Part shown: one piece after another, positions 15,648 through 29,789 of the stretch
How the letters are laid out: each line of letters begins with the position of its first letter
How positions within the stretch are numbered: the stretch's first letter is position 1
DNA from: the human T2T-CHM13v2.0 reference genome, Homo sapiens
DNA: 64,000 bases
Assembly: GCF_009914755.1 (NCBI RefSeq)
Contig: NC_060943.1
Reading direction: 5' to 3' (one strand)
Position numbers and translations under genes: made by a program
The notes under the pieces: model-generated
Database searches by the model: none
The model's input: only the letters and a program-made list of their open reading frames with translations
What the model was told of the DNA's origin: nothing

Positions 15648-17369
15648 CTGGCAGGTGGGCGCGCGTGCAGGAGGGCGCGGAAGAGCAGGGTGCGAGGAGG
15701 TGCAAGAGAGGCAGAGGGAGGAAGGAAGAGACAGGAGAACATAAAAGAGGCGAATCCCCCATGGAAGACGAGGGGTGGCTCAGCCCAGCTGCCCTCTCTG
15801 ACCCGGTGGACTTGCTCCCAACCTGGACGGGCCTGGGGCCTCAGCTCAGCTTGGCGGGGCGGGGCACGGCGGGCGGCAGAAAGCAGTTAGTTCAGTCGAG
15901 GCAGGGCCTGAGATAGCAGGTGACAGAGCCGGCGGAAGCGGGTGGGGGTCGCGACCTGGAGCACCGAGTGTTCCTCCTCCTCCTCCTCCTCCACAGCCCG
16001 GCCCCACCACAGCCCCCAATCCTGCCTGTGCCACGGGCACCAGCGCACAGGCTCCTGGAAGCTCTCTATGGGGGTCCTGGGAGGTCGGGGTGCCGGACCT
16101 ACTTCCCAACCCAGAAGCCTTTTGGGACCTGAATATATGGCTGCCTGTGGGCAGGGCCAGTCCCCTCTGCCAGCACAGACGTGCTAGGAGAGACTGAGGC
16201 TCGGACCACCCACCCTGCAAGAGCCAGGAGACGCCTTCCTGAGCAGCAGGGCAGAGTGAGGGCCAAGTTCAGGGCTAGGCACAGGCAGGGCCGTGTGCAG
16301 GGACACGGACAGCTCTTCCCAGCTGTGCCTGCGTGAGGGGTCCCAGGTCTGGGTGGGATCTGGGGAGGGAGGGAGGGTGCGTTCCTCCAACACCTCCGTC
16401 CCGCCTCCTGAGGAGCCCCCACCCCCTCAAGCTCCCCCTGCTTCTCCTGCCCCTAGGCTGCTCTGCTTTCTCAGGGCTCCAGCCTGGCCGCCCTGTCTTC
16501 CTTGTTGTGTCCTCCTCTCTCTCGGGCCTCTGTCACCAACCCAGCCTTCAACGCCCCTCCCGGCACAGATGACCTGCGAATTTCCACCAGGCCTGGCCTC
16601 GGCCTGAAGTGCCAGGCCTGAATACACACCTGCCTGGCCACGTCCACCTGGCGGCCCTCGGCCCCTAAACTCGCCACAGTCACAACCCAGTCCATCACCC
16701 CAAGACCCACTGCTCGTCCTTCCAGTCAGGATGACGCTGCCCACCTGCTGCCCAGGCCAACCCATGCCTCTGCCAGCTCCCAGTTGCCCAGCCTGGGCCA
16801 GCAGGGGCCTCCCTTGTGCTCCAGGTGAGCCCAGACCTCACCTGCAGGAGCACTGCCTCTCCCTGCCTCGGGCTCTGCCTCCATGCTCCCTCTAAAGGGC
16901 CCACCTCTGTGCTCACTCCACCCTGCCCGATCCTACAGCTTCCACAAGACCCCTGTTCCCGGGCCCTGGGCACCGAGGGCAGCGCACTCCTGCCCTGCGA
17001 GGCCGCATCGCGGAGGACTGACTCCTGCACTGAGGGGCCAGGACCCCAGCGCAGGCCTTGCCTGTTCCTCCAGGGTAGCAAATGCAGCCTGGAATCCCTG
17101 ACGTGGGAATGGCAGGTCAGGTCCACCCAACGTCCCTTGAGAGCCCGGCATGGGGAGCCTATGTGGGTGCTCAGTACTGATTTGGTGGCTGCACTGATGG
17201 ATCCCATGGGGACTTGAAAATGTGGGGCCAAAACAGGGTCCCCACCTGAGCCCTGAAAGAACTGGCCCGCAGGGAGGAGGGTGGCAGCAGCCACCTCAGA
17301 GCCGCTCTCTGGGAGGGGCATCCCGGGCACACACAGCACGTGGGCAGGGATGACAGTATCCTTCTGCTA

Positions 17370-18303
<934 letters not shown>

Positions 18304-19536
18304 GGGCAGGACAGGTGGCTTCCTTGTCCTGCAGGAGTTGGGGGGACAGAGAGGGACACCCTCAGCCAGCAGCTGGGCAGACAGGGGAAGTGGGGGGCAG
18401 TAGCAGCTGGGACCCAGAACCGGGTGACCCCAGGAAGACCAGAACCAAGGGCACAGCCTCTTCAGCACTCAGGCCTTGGGGTGCTTTCAATGGCTGCCCT
18501 GCCTCCCTTCTGGCCCCCACACTTCCGCTTCTGCTGTGCCTGCTGCCGAGACCACCCTCCCCACGTCTGCCCCTTCAAGTCAGGTGTTTTTCAAAGTCCA
18601 AGCACCCCCCTCCGTAGGCGGCCTCTGCGAACTGCTCCCTGCCTATGGTGGGGTGGCCAGCAGGGCCGCTGGGTCTCTCCAGTGCTCCTCCTCCCAGCAG
18701 GCCCCTCTGGGCAGCTCCTGGACGATCTCCGGGGCACGGCTTCGCGGTGGCTGGCTTCCCGCTGGCTCCGTGGGACGGAGCTGCCTAGAGCAGCCGGGGA
18801 AGTGGTCTCCACCTCTTGGGGTCACTCCACAGTGCCTGGCACACAGAGGTGCTCGGAGAGGTTTGCTGATGGGCGGGGAGTCACGGCGGCCTCGGCGGGG
18901 GCTTTGTCTCGAGGGGACACTCCTGCTTTGGGTCTGCGCCCCGTTCTGGCTGTGCGGTGCTGGGCAGGTCTCTTAGGCTCTCTGGGCCCCTTGCTTATTG
19001 GTCATAATGACAACAGCAGGCCCTGAGGATCTCACAGCTACGTGGGGCCCATGTGGCGTCCCAGGGGGACCTCCTTGAGAGCTTGGGGATCTGGATTTTG
19101 ACTAAACCGTGTGGTCTCCCAGGCTCCCAGGGGAGCCGAGGCCTCAGCGCCTCCATCTGTGAGGTGGGTGTGGAGAGACCATCTCCTCCCCGTCTCCATG
19201 GCCCTGCGGTTCAGAGCCCGGCCCTGCAGCCACTCTGCTGACCTGTGCAACCTCCCCTGTGCAGCCAGCGGGGCCACGGGCAGCCAGGTCTGCACGAGTG
19301 AGAAGCGTCCACCCAAGACACCCTGACACGAGAGGGCTGGGTCCAGGGGCAGAGAGGGGCTCGCTGGGGTCTGGCCGGGGTCCGAAGCAGACCCTGGGCC
19401 TCAGCTGTGCACCTGGTGATGGTGCTGCCCTATGGAGCGCCCGGTTCGACGTGGGACCGAATGACATTCCCAGTGACGCATGCAGCCCAGCGCCTGGTCC
19501 GGGGCCAGCGTGGCTGACCTCAACTGCAGCCGTGAT

Positions 19537-19740
19537 TTACCCAAAGCCCTTCTGGAAAACAACTGACGTCAGACACTGAGCTTCCGGCCGGGGACCTGCG
19601 GCTCCCTGCTGCCCGAGGGGCACTGCCCCTTCTCCCCAGGGTGGCCGGCTGCGGTCACTTACAGTCCCCGAGGCGCTCAGCGTCACGGCCCGCAGTCGGC
19701 GATGGCGGGGAGAGTAAATCCAGTACCTCCCATCCGTGAA
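19537..19740 (-). CDS. PIP5K1C: PIP5K1C alternative C-terminal exon (FTDGRYWIYSPRHRRLR...VVFQKGFG*), 707-aa i5 isoform; internal donor at 19662 gives a 26-aa cassette (19663-19740)
   Basis: gtccAG acceptor at 19742-19741; 67 codons + TAA in frame with exon 16 (640+67=707); internal ACT|GTAAGT donor. Confidence 0.88.
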   Translation of the reverse strand, partial: FTDGRYWIYSPRHRRLRAVTLSASGTVSDRSRPPWGEGAVPLGQQGAAGPRPEAQCLTSVVFQKGFG

Positions 19741-19950
19741 CTGGACGGGGCGGGCCGGGTGGGCCGGAGGAGGAAGGAAAACAGAGGACAGCGGATGAGG
19801 CGGCCACCCCCGTGGTCGGGTGGGAGAGGCGGAGGGAGGTGGCGGGGAGCAGGTGGGGACAGCTGACTGCCAAGCAGAAGGTGGGGGGTGCCGGGGCAGG
19901 GGCAGGACCGAGGACCCTTCTCCCTTCTCTGCTGCCCACCTGGCAGGGCA

Positions 19951-20133
19951 TCAGGACACAGACACACAGCACGACATGGCCCCCAGGCCCCCCGTACCAT
20001 CCGGAGACCAGGACGCGCACAAACCAGTCCCAGGAAAAGGGGTGACGACGTGCGGTGGGTAGGGGCACAGGCACGCGGCCCGTCCCTCCCTTCTCCAGGG
20101 CCAGGTGGGTGCATGGGGACCCCAGAGGCGCCA
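19951..20133 (-). CDS. PIP5K1C: PIP5K1C alternative C-terminal exon (WRLWGPHAPTWPW...SCCVSVS*), 700-aa i4 isoform
   Basis: Branch-like AACTAAC (+ strand 20153-20159), pyrimidine tract, ctccAG acceptor; 60 codons + TGA (640+60=700). Confidence 0.8.
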   Translation of the reverse strand, partial: WRLWGPHAPTWPWRREGRAACLCPYPPHVVTPFPGTGLCASWSPDGTGGLGAMSCCVSVS

Positions 20134-21010
20134 CTGGAGACAGAGCAGGGGAGTTAGTTATGAAGCAGCCAGGAGGTGCCCCCACAACAGGCCCTAAGGC
20201 CTGGTGCCCGTGCCCAGCCCTCCTTCCCAGGGGGTGCAGGGTGAGAACAAACCATCTGGGAAGTGGGCTGCAGCCTCCGGCCCTCCCTGTGACCTGGGGC
20301 TGCCTGATCTGAGTGGGACCACTGGGGAGTGGAGACGCTGCCTGGACATTCCAGGCCTCGCTGGCCGCCCGGCAGCCACCTCACCCAGACCCTGGCAAGG
20401 GAGAGCAGGGATCCCAGGTCCCCAGGGCCGGGCAGACCCTGCCCTGCCCAGTAGCAGCCACGAGTCCCCAGCCCACGGCGTGGGAGCGTGAAGCCCTCCT
20501 GCCACTGCCCGGTCCCCCGGCCCTCCTCAAGGATAAGCCCACCTGGCCACGCCCACGGCAACAGGGAGAAGGTCCTGCCGCCACAGCCCTGTCTGGACGT
20601 CTAGGCTGTCAAGGACACAGGACCTCAGCCTGTGCCAGGGCCTCCCGAGGGGCCAAGAGTCTGAGGACTCCGGACGACTTCCAGGGAGACGGGTGGCACA
20701 GAAGGTGCCGTGGGCACAAGGCCGGGGAAGGGGACAGGGGTGGCTCTGGGGCCTCAGAAAGGCCTGGTTTGGAGGAGCTTCCCACCCCATGGGGTTAGAC
20801 CAGGAAGAGAAGGTGGGTGTGAACGTGGCTGGTGGGTGCGTGTGGGCGTGTCGTGAGAGTGCTGGCTGGTGAGAGAGCATGTGGGTGGGTCGACAGGGCA
20901 CACTCACGTGCCTGTGTGCAGGTGTGTGTATGCGGTGTGCACACGGTGGAGCGTGTGTGAGAGAGAGTCCGGTTGACGAGCCGGCGGCAGGAGGAGCCCG
21001 GGGCACTTAC

Positions 21011-21143
21011 AAAGTAGATGTCGGTGGCGGGCGCGTCCTCCTCGTCCGAGGCCTGGCTGGCAGGTGCGCCCTCCTCGTCTGAGGCCTGGCTGGCAGTTTC
21101 TACTTCAACAGCAGCAGAGGCACCGGCCGGGGAAGCCTCCACC
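21011..21143 (-). CDS. PIP5K1C: PIP5K1C exon 16 (VEASPAGASAA...APATDIYF)
   Basis: ccccAG acceptor, TTT|GTAAGT donor, 133 nt; ends at codon 640. Confidence 0.95.
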
Positions 21144-21569
21144 CTGGGGACAGGAGTAGACAGAGGGTCTTGACCCTCAGGCCCCACACGGAGACTCCCC
21201 GCGCCCCCACTCAGGACCCAGGCAGGGGCTTCATACGGTCATCACGGAGATGAAAAGCCAGGCAGCTGACCACAGGCCGCGCGCTCCTGCGCTGCCATTT
21301 ATCGCAAATCAGAACAAACCTCCCCAAGAAGCCCCTCATGCTGGCCCCAGGAGTGACCTGGAGTGACCCGCCAGCCCGCTGACAGCTCGGCCCTGCCACT
21401 CCCAGCTCAGACACACACACCTGTGGGCACGTGCTGGCCTCACCCTCACCGGCTGTGCCACCCTGGGAGGGCCTGTTCCTCCTCTGAGCCTCAGTTTCCT
21501 CATCTGTCAAGTGGGGAGAGATGGCACCTAGCCGCTGGGATCAGAGCTTCTTCCTTCTTTCATTGATTT

Positions 21570-23400
<1,831 letters not shown>

Positions 23401-23459
23401 GTTAAAAAAAAATTAGTTAAATACTTGGAAGTTCAGAGATGCTCTTACACAACCCTTAG

Positions 23460-23676
23460 CCCAGGGTCTCTTGCCTGGGCCCTGTGGACACTGGAACCAG
23501 GTCCTTCTCTGGGGTGGGGCCATCCCGGGCACTGCAGGCTGATGCTGAGCAGCGTCCCTGGCCTCCACCCACTCCATGCCAGGAGCACCCCCCAGTTCTA
23601 ACAGTCACAAATGTCCCCAGGCATCGCCCAGTGTCCCCTGGGGGCTAGGATCACCCCGGCTAGTCGAGAACCACTC
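23460..23676 (-). mobile_element. MER20-like DNA transposon
   Basis: Reverse of the same motif set, terminal gagaaccact. Confidence 0.78.
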
Positions 23677-23831
23677 CCTTCAATCAAAAAATAAACTTAT
23701 GGGAAAATCCACCATCTGTGAATACAACCTAGTAAGAAAGAACTGCTTCATGATGAAACCTCGGGGTGCTCTTGGCTCCTCTGGGCCCGCAGCAGGTGGG
23801 TGCCCCGACCTCCCGCCGAGGCCGTGCTCAC

Positions 23832-23936
23832 CCTGCGTCCTCCTCTTTGGGGACCACAATCTCCACGCTGCACGCAGGCTCCACCTGCACTGTAATCTGC
23901 TGCAGATCCTCTTCCGCGGGTGGCTCCTCCTGCGGC
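23832..23936 (-). CDS. PIP5K1C: PIP5K1C exon 15 (PQEEPPAEEDLQQITVQVEPACSVEIVVPKEEDAG)
   Basis: ctgcAG acceptor, AGG|GTGAGC donor, 105 nt phase 2-2. Confidence 0.93.
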
Positions 23937-25033
23937 CTGCAGGCAATGGGAGGTTGTGCCTCGGTTTCCCTCCTCACTTCCCCCATCCTACCCCCAGGAG
24001 TGCCCAGTGAACTCCAGGGCCAGTCCCAGAGGGGAGTTGGGAGCCTCCTGATTGGGTCTGTTCTTTCTGGCTGTCACTCCCAGCCCGGGGACTGTCCACC
24101 TGGGTCCCTTGGTGACTGTGGTGCCAGCAGGGCCTGGGGTGTAGCGGGCTCTGGGGGCATATGAGCAAATGGCAGCCCCGACCGGCGTGGGTGCCACAGA
24201 CCCTGCCCACCCTCCAGGCAGTGCCTGCACCTGGCAGCCGAGGCCCTGACACAAGTGACTCAGTGTCCCGGCCGCCGGGCCTGGCCATGTAACATGTCTC
24301 TCCAAATGGCACGCTAGACTGCAGGGAGGGTCACATCCCACCCAGGGCACCAAGGGGTTTCTTTCACCAGGCGGCAGCGATTAAAACACGGTTAAGAAAA
24401 GCAACACCGCGCCACTGCCCCAGTGTTCACAAGAGTGAGACCCCAGGGACCTCGCAAATGTCCCCGAGGGCTGGGCACTTAAAGCCAGGTGCAGTCCATG
24501 GGATGGAAGGACGGCACGCAGGCGTGACAGGAACGGCGCGCACCCACCCCTGAGATCCCCGTCAGTCGAGTGACAACAGCAAGGTGTGGGCGGCGTGCAC
24601 GGGTGTGCCCATTTGTGTCAAAATAAAAGGGAACCACAAGCCTGGTGCACGTCTGCTGTGTTCCCAGAAAGTATCTTCCAAGAGACAAAACCCACAGTCC
24701 CAGTGGTTGCTCCTGGGGAGGGGACAGGCCGTGGGCAGGAGGGGGCGCATTTCACGATATTCCCTCTTGTATCTTGTTTTAAGTTAAAAAAAAAACTTAA
24801 TAGAAGAAGAAATAAGGAAGGATCCACAGACCAGAGCTGCCCTGGCTCTGGCTGTAAGAAAAACAAAGTGGCTGGAAGATTGTGTGCGGTGCTAGGGCCG
24901 AGTGCTACAATCTTAAATCTGTCCCCAGGAGAGAATGGGCAGAGAGCAGAGGGGCTGGGGGGCGGGAAACGGAGCTGGGAGCTGTGCAGGAGGAGCTGGT
25001 GAGACCCAGGGAAGGAAGGGGGTTGGGTCTCAC

Positions 25034-25066
25034 CTGCCATCCTGTCCAGACGACTGTGTGCGCCGC
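25034..25066 (-). CDS. PIP5K1C: PIP5K1C exon 14, 33-nt microexon ([11 protein letters not shown])
   Basis: ctgcAG acceptor, CAG|GTGAGA donor, phase 2-2. Confidence 0.9.
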
Positions 25067-25194
25067 CTGCAGAGATACAGCAAACACGTGACACCCAGAA
25101 AGAGAGTGGCCCGCCTGCTCAGTCTACCTGCCTTGCCTACCCGCCTGCCTACCTGCCCCCTGGCAGCCCTGCCCACCTGTACATATGCTCCTCC

Positions 25195-25369
25195 CTCCCA
25201 CACATTGGATGCTCCGCCCCCACGCACCCACATGCAGTGTATGTACATCCACCGTACATACGATGCTCCACCCACATGCACAGCGGATGCCCCGCCCACA
25301 TGCAGTGAATGCCCCGCCCCCACGCACAGCGGATGCCCCGCCCACATGCACTGCGGATGCCTCGCCCAC
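25195..25369. repeat. Degenerate ~23-25 bp tandem repeat at start of intron 13
   Basis: gcggatgccccgcccacatgca-like units. Confidence 0.75.
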
Positions 25370-25508
25370 CTGTACCGCGGCTGCTCCGACGTCTCCGAGG
25401 GGGACCGCTCAGGAATGGAGAGGGATGTGGATGACAGAGTCGTGGCAATGGAGGCTGTAGTGGCTTCTTCGAAAGAAGGTGGCGTGCAGGGCAGGAGGTC
25501 GGGCCGGC
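25370..25508 (-). CDS. PIP5K1C: PIP5K1C exon 13 ([18 protein letters not shown]...SEQPRYR)
   Basis: cctcAG acceptor, CAG|GTGGGC donor, 139 nt. Confidence 0.94.
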
Positions 25509-26213
25509 CTGAGGGGAGAGGACTGTGGGCACCTTGCGGAGCCTCCGAGCCCCCAAACACACAGTCGATTCTCCCTGAGGCTTGGCTCACCCTGGGAACC
25601 CACAGCCCAGTGCCCGCCCGCCTCCCAGACACTCCCACCTCCCCACACGGCAGGGAAGGACGACGTTCCCCCTCACACAAAGGCTTCTGACCGCTCTCAA
25701 AATAGAATCCAGACAGCCCAGAGGGCCCTGTGCAGCCTGGCCCCGTCCCCTCTCCACTCTCCCTCCCCGCTGTCTTCCCCTCCACTGCTCTCTTCCCCTC
25801 CCCACCCCCCCTCCCTTCCCCTCCGCGCTGCTTGGCCACACGGGCTCCTTGCTGTTCCCTCAGCAGGTGTGGTCCTGCCCCAGGGCCCTTGCATGGCTAT
25901 GTCCCTTCCTTCATTCCCTAGCCTGGGGGCTGCATGCCTTCGATGGCATCCTGGTGCACCTCAGATGACAGTGGCCGTGAGAGAAGGCGGGAGCTGTCAC
26001 CACCCCACCTGGTGGAGCCTTCTATACTCAGCTCCCCCTGGGCTCTTCCCTGGGGCGGTCCCAGCAGCCCCCACTCCCTGGGCAGGCGGCCCTGCAGATC
26101 CGAAGGGGGTGGCTGAGCGATGGGCACTCAGGATGAGGCGGCACCCCACCCACGGGGCTGCTGCTGGCACCCCCTGTAGCGCCCACAAGCGCACTCTGCC
26201 CTCTGCCCCTCAC

Positions 26214-26378
26214 CTTCGTCCTCCAGCGTGGGGTAGCTGCGGGCCCCCCGCAGGTCGTACTGGGCCTCCTCCCGCTCGCTAGGGATCTGGCTGGCCGAGA
26301 AGGCAGCGGTGGGCCCCAGCGGTTTCACAGCTAGCAAGGCTCCGCCGCGCCCCTTCTTGGAGGGCGAGGACTTCAGGG
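26214..26378 (-). CDS. PIP5K1C: PIP5K1C exon 12 ([12 protein letters not shown]...SYPTLEDE)
   Basis: ctgcAG acceptor, AAG|GTGAGG donor, 165 nt. Confidence 0.94.
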
Positions 26379-28100
26379 CTGCAGGGAAGGGTGGGGGTTG
26401 GTGCTTGGGGTTGCTGGGGGCTCATAGCAAAGCCCAGACAGGGCCGCCGCCCACATATACCCCACGTCCCTGTGGCCCACCAGACCCCTACCGGTCCCTG
26501 AGGCCAGGAAGCACCACAACCTCTTGGTGGAAAACCGGGGTCTGCCTGGGGAGGGACTGCGAGCCCGAGTTCCCTGTCCTGCCCACCCGACTGTCTCTAT
26601 GAGACACACTGGGACCTGGCACAGTGCCTGCCCCTCCCGGGATCCTGCAGACCAGTGACTCCCATCTAATGAGCTGGCCAGGGATGCCTGCAGGCTTCAA
26701 CCCCTTCTATGTGCGGCCCAGCCCGGGCAGGGCCCCCACTTTCAGATGGACACTGACAGCCTTGGGGAGCACCAGGTGTTGTGGTTAGAGAAGCCTGTGG
26801 CTCAGCATGTAGGGCCTGAGCGCAGATCCAGGCTCACCCGCTGGCTGTGCGGCTCGGTCTCTCTGGGCCCTGGGGGCCGACCTTAGCGGTGGGGTGAGGT
26901 GGGGCAGGTGATGTCCCGCACAGGGCCAGGCCTGTCCTCAGTGCTGTGTGAGCTCTGCCTCCTCACCAAGCTCTTGTGACCTCTGCCCCCAGAATGACCC
27001 ACACAGCTCCTGGTAAACAGTAGGTGCTCAGTTTGCCTTGTGCAGCTTCCTACAATCACCAAAGGCTGGCAAACAGCCCTGGATGACGGAATGATCCTGT
27101 GGCATCGGTCCCAGAGAGTGGGGTGTGGGGACAGGCTCAACGGCTGGCTCTCTGGAGACAGATCCTGACACGTGGTGTCTGCCAATTCCCACGGTGTTGA
27201 TGAGAGGGGGTCCCTGACCTCGAGGCCGTGAGCAAGTGTGCAGGCCGGGAAGAGCAGCCTGCCTGCAAGCGCTGGGCACTGGCGTGCCTGTCCCTGCCAC
27301 CTCCCTGCAACCCCCGTGGGTGCGGACCCGCAGATCATTCATGCCCCCCACCAGACACTTCCCAAGCATCTCTGTGGGCCAGGCCTGTGCAGGATGCTGG
27401 GGAGCCCGGGAGCCTTCTGGTGGGGAGGGTGGCTGAGAAACAGACCCCAGGGGGGAATCCATCTGGCAGCAGGTTGGCCACGGGCTGAGGTCTGCACAGG
27501 GGCCTGGAACCCAGAGTCTGCGTCCAGATGCTACAGTGGCCCATGAGGGGAAGCTGAGCCCTGAGAGATGGGGACCTCCCCCGGGCACCCTGTGGGTGAA
27601 TCCCGAGTCCCCACCTTCCCCACCACTGTTTGCCCTGGGACCTTCCCGACCATGCCCTGCTGGGCTAGCCTCCTGCGTTCCCCTGCCCGGGGTGCGTTTC
27701 CTTGGCGATGGTGATGCTGTGGGCAGCCCCACACACTGTGAGCTATCTGCTGAGTCAGGCCCACCCATCCCATATATAAACACTGTACCCTCACAGTGCT
27801 GTGCCAATGGGGAAACCAAGGCACAGAGGCAGGTGCCTGCTCAAGGCCACATGGGCAGGACGAGGCCAGGCTAGGATTCAGGCTCTGGCGGTGGCTCCAG
27901 ACCCGTGCTCTACCGCTGTGCAGAGCAAATATCCCGACTACCCTACCTCCGGATGAGGCCCGGTCTGAGGGGGGCACAGGGGCTCTGAGTTTACTGCCCT
28001 GCCCAGGGGGCTCTCGGCCTCCCGCAGAGTCCCTCCTGCCCCACGGCGCTCTGGGCCTTCCCCAGGGTCCCTCCCACCTTGCGGGGCTCAGGTGGCTTAC

Positions 28101-28185
28101 AGGAGTTCTTCCGAAAGACCGTGTTGCTCATGAACTTGAAAAAGCGCTCGGCATAGAAGCTGGGGCGGTGGACGGACACCGTGTC
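28101..28185 (-). CDS. PIP5K1C: PIP5K1C exon 11 ([28 protein letters not shown])
   Basis: ttccAG acceptor, CCT|GTAAGC donor, 85 nt; end of PIP5K kinase domain. Confidence 0.96.
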
Positions 28186-29024
28186 CTGGAAGAGAGTTGG
28201 GGGGGGTGCCCGGGGGCAGAGGGTGCATCAATCAACAGCTGGGGACAGCCCCAGACAGACGCTGTATGTGTGTGGGGGGCACCTTCTGTGTGAAAAGGCT
28301 CGAGATGGGTCCATGGCGCCATGGCTTCCTGGGAGGGGCTCACGGAACAGGGAACAGTGGCTCCCTCTGGGGAGGGAGACTGGGTGCCAGGGAATGGGTG
28401 GAGGCTTTTCCACTAGAGACCTGTTAGCATTTTTGACTTTTTAAACCAGCTGAATAAAGTATTCCGGCCAGGCACAGTGGCCCACGTGGACTTGTAGGGG
28501 AGGCTGAGGCAGGATGGCCTGGCTGGGGCCCTGCTGGGATGTGATCTCGGCCTCCCAGAATGCAACCTCCTTTCCCAGCCTCCTTGGGTGAGGAGTGGCC
28601 ACGTACCAGGACTGTGAACGACTCCACCCCCGCAGGCTGCAGTGGGAGGTGGTGCCCGGCCACTCTGGGCCAGGGGACAAGGACAACCCCAGGGACATGC
28701 GGCGGCAGCACAGGACACCCTGGCCAGCCTCGTCAGAGCCGAGACAGCGCTCCTATCTGCCCTGGGCAGCAGGTTCCGGGCCTTGGCAAGGTTTAAGACA
28801 TCCCCAGAGGCCTCTGCCAGCTGCCATCCTGACCCGCTCAAGGCTTATTCTGGAAGCTCCTGCCTGGACCTTCTACACGCTCTTTTGAAAAATGGGGGTG
28901 CCTGTTGGGATCTTGGATTCTACAGGCTGTGGTCACACAGACGTTAGTCCTCAGTGCCTGGCCCCAGGCGGTACTCTGCGTTTGTGGAGTGACGGATGGG
29001 AGGAAGGCTGGGACGACAGACAGG

Positions 29025-29464
29025 AGGACAGAGGGAGGAAGGATGGGAGGAGGGGTGCAGGCACTCACAGAGGGAGGAGGGATGGGAGGAGGGGTGCAGG
29101 CGCTCACAGGGAGGAAGGATGGGAGGAGGGTGCAGGCGCTCACAGAGGGAGGAGGGATGGGAGGAGGGGTGCAGGTGCTCACAGAGGGAGGAGGGATGGG
29201 AGGAGGGTGCAGGCGCTCACAGAGGGAGGAGGGATGGGGGGAGGGTGCAGGCACTCACAGAGGAGGGATGGGAGGAGGGTGCAGGCACTCACAGAGGAGG
29301 GATGGGAGGAGGGTGCAGGCACTCACAGGAGGAGGAGGGATGGGAGGAGGGATGGGAGGAGGGTGCAGGCACTCACAGAGGGAGGAGGGATGGGAGGAGG
29401 GTGCAGGCACTCACAGGAGGAGGAGGGATGGGAGGAGGAATGGGAGGAGGGTGCAGGCGCTCAC
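29025..29464. repeat. ~34-50 bp purine-rich minisatellite, ~11 copies, abutting the exon 10 donor
   Basis: Unit ~gggaggagggatgggaggagggtgcaggc(a/g)ctcacaga. Confidence 0.92.
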
Positions 29465-29513
29465 CCCATCGTGGACGAGGGCCTTCCAGGTGTGCTCCAG
29501 TTTCTTGATGAAC
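29465..29513 (-). CDS. PIP5K1C: PIP5K1C exon 10 (FIKKLEHTWKALVHDG, activation loop)
   Basis: ccacAG acceptor, GGG|GTGAGC donor, 49 nt; type I PIPK KKLEH motif. Confidence 0.96.
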
Positions 29514-29569
29514 CTGTGGAGAGAGCACCCGGAGTGGCAGCTGACATCAGCCAAGCCCATGCCAGGCCG

Positions 29570-29770
29570 CCTCACTCAGGGGCCACTGTGCACCCCCCAG
29601 GACACTGGGCCATGGCCTCAAGCAGTCGTGGCTGTCAAAACTCAGGGTGGCAGGTGCTCCTGGCAGGGAGTGGGTGGAGGCTCTCTGCTCAGTACCCTGC
29701 AGGGCCCAGGACGGCCCCACCCCAGAGAACCATCTGGTCCCAATGTCCACAGTACCGAGGGGGTGACTGT
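29570..29770 (+). mobile_element. MER20-like DNA transposon
   Basis: gtgctcctggcagggagtgggtggaggc...caggacggccccacc...aatgtccacagtaccgagg. Confidence 0.7.
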
Positions 29771-29789
29771 TTTTAAACATTCTAGAGCC

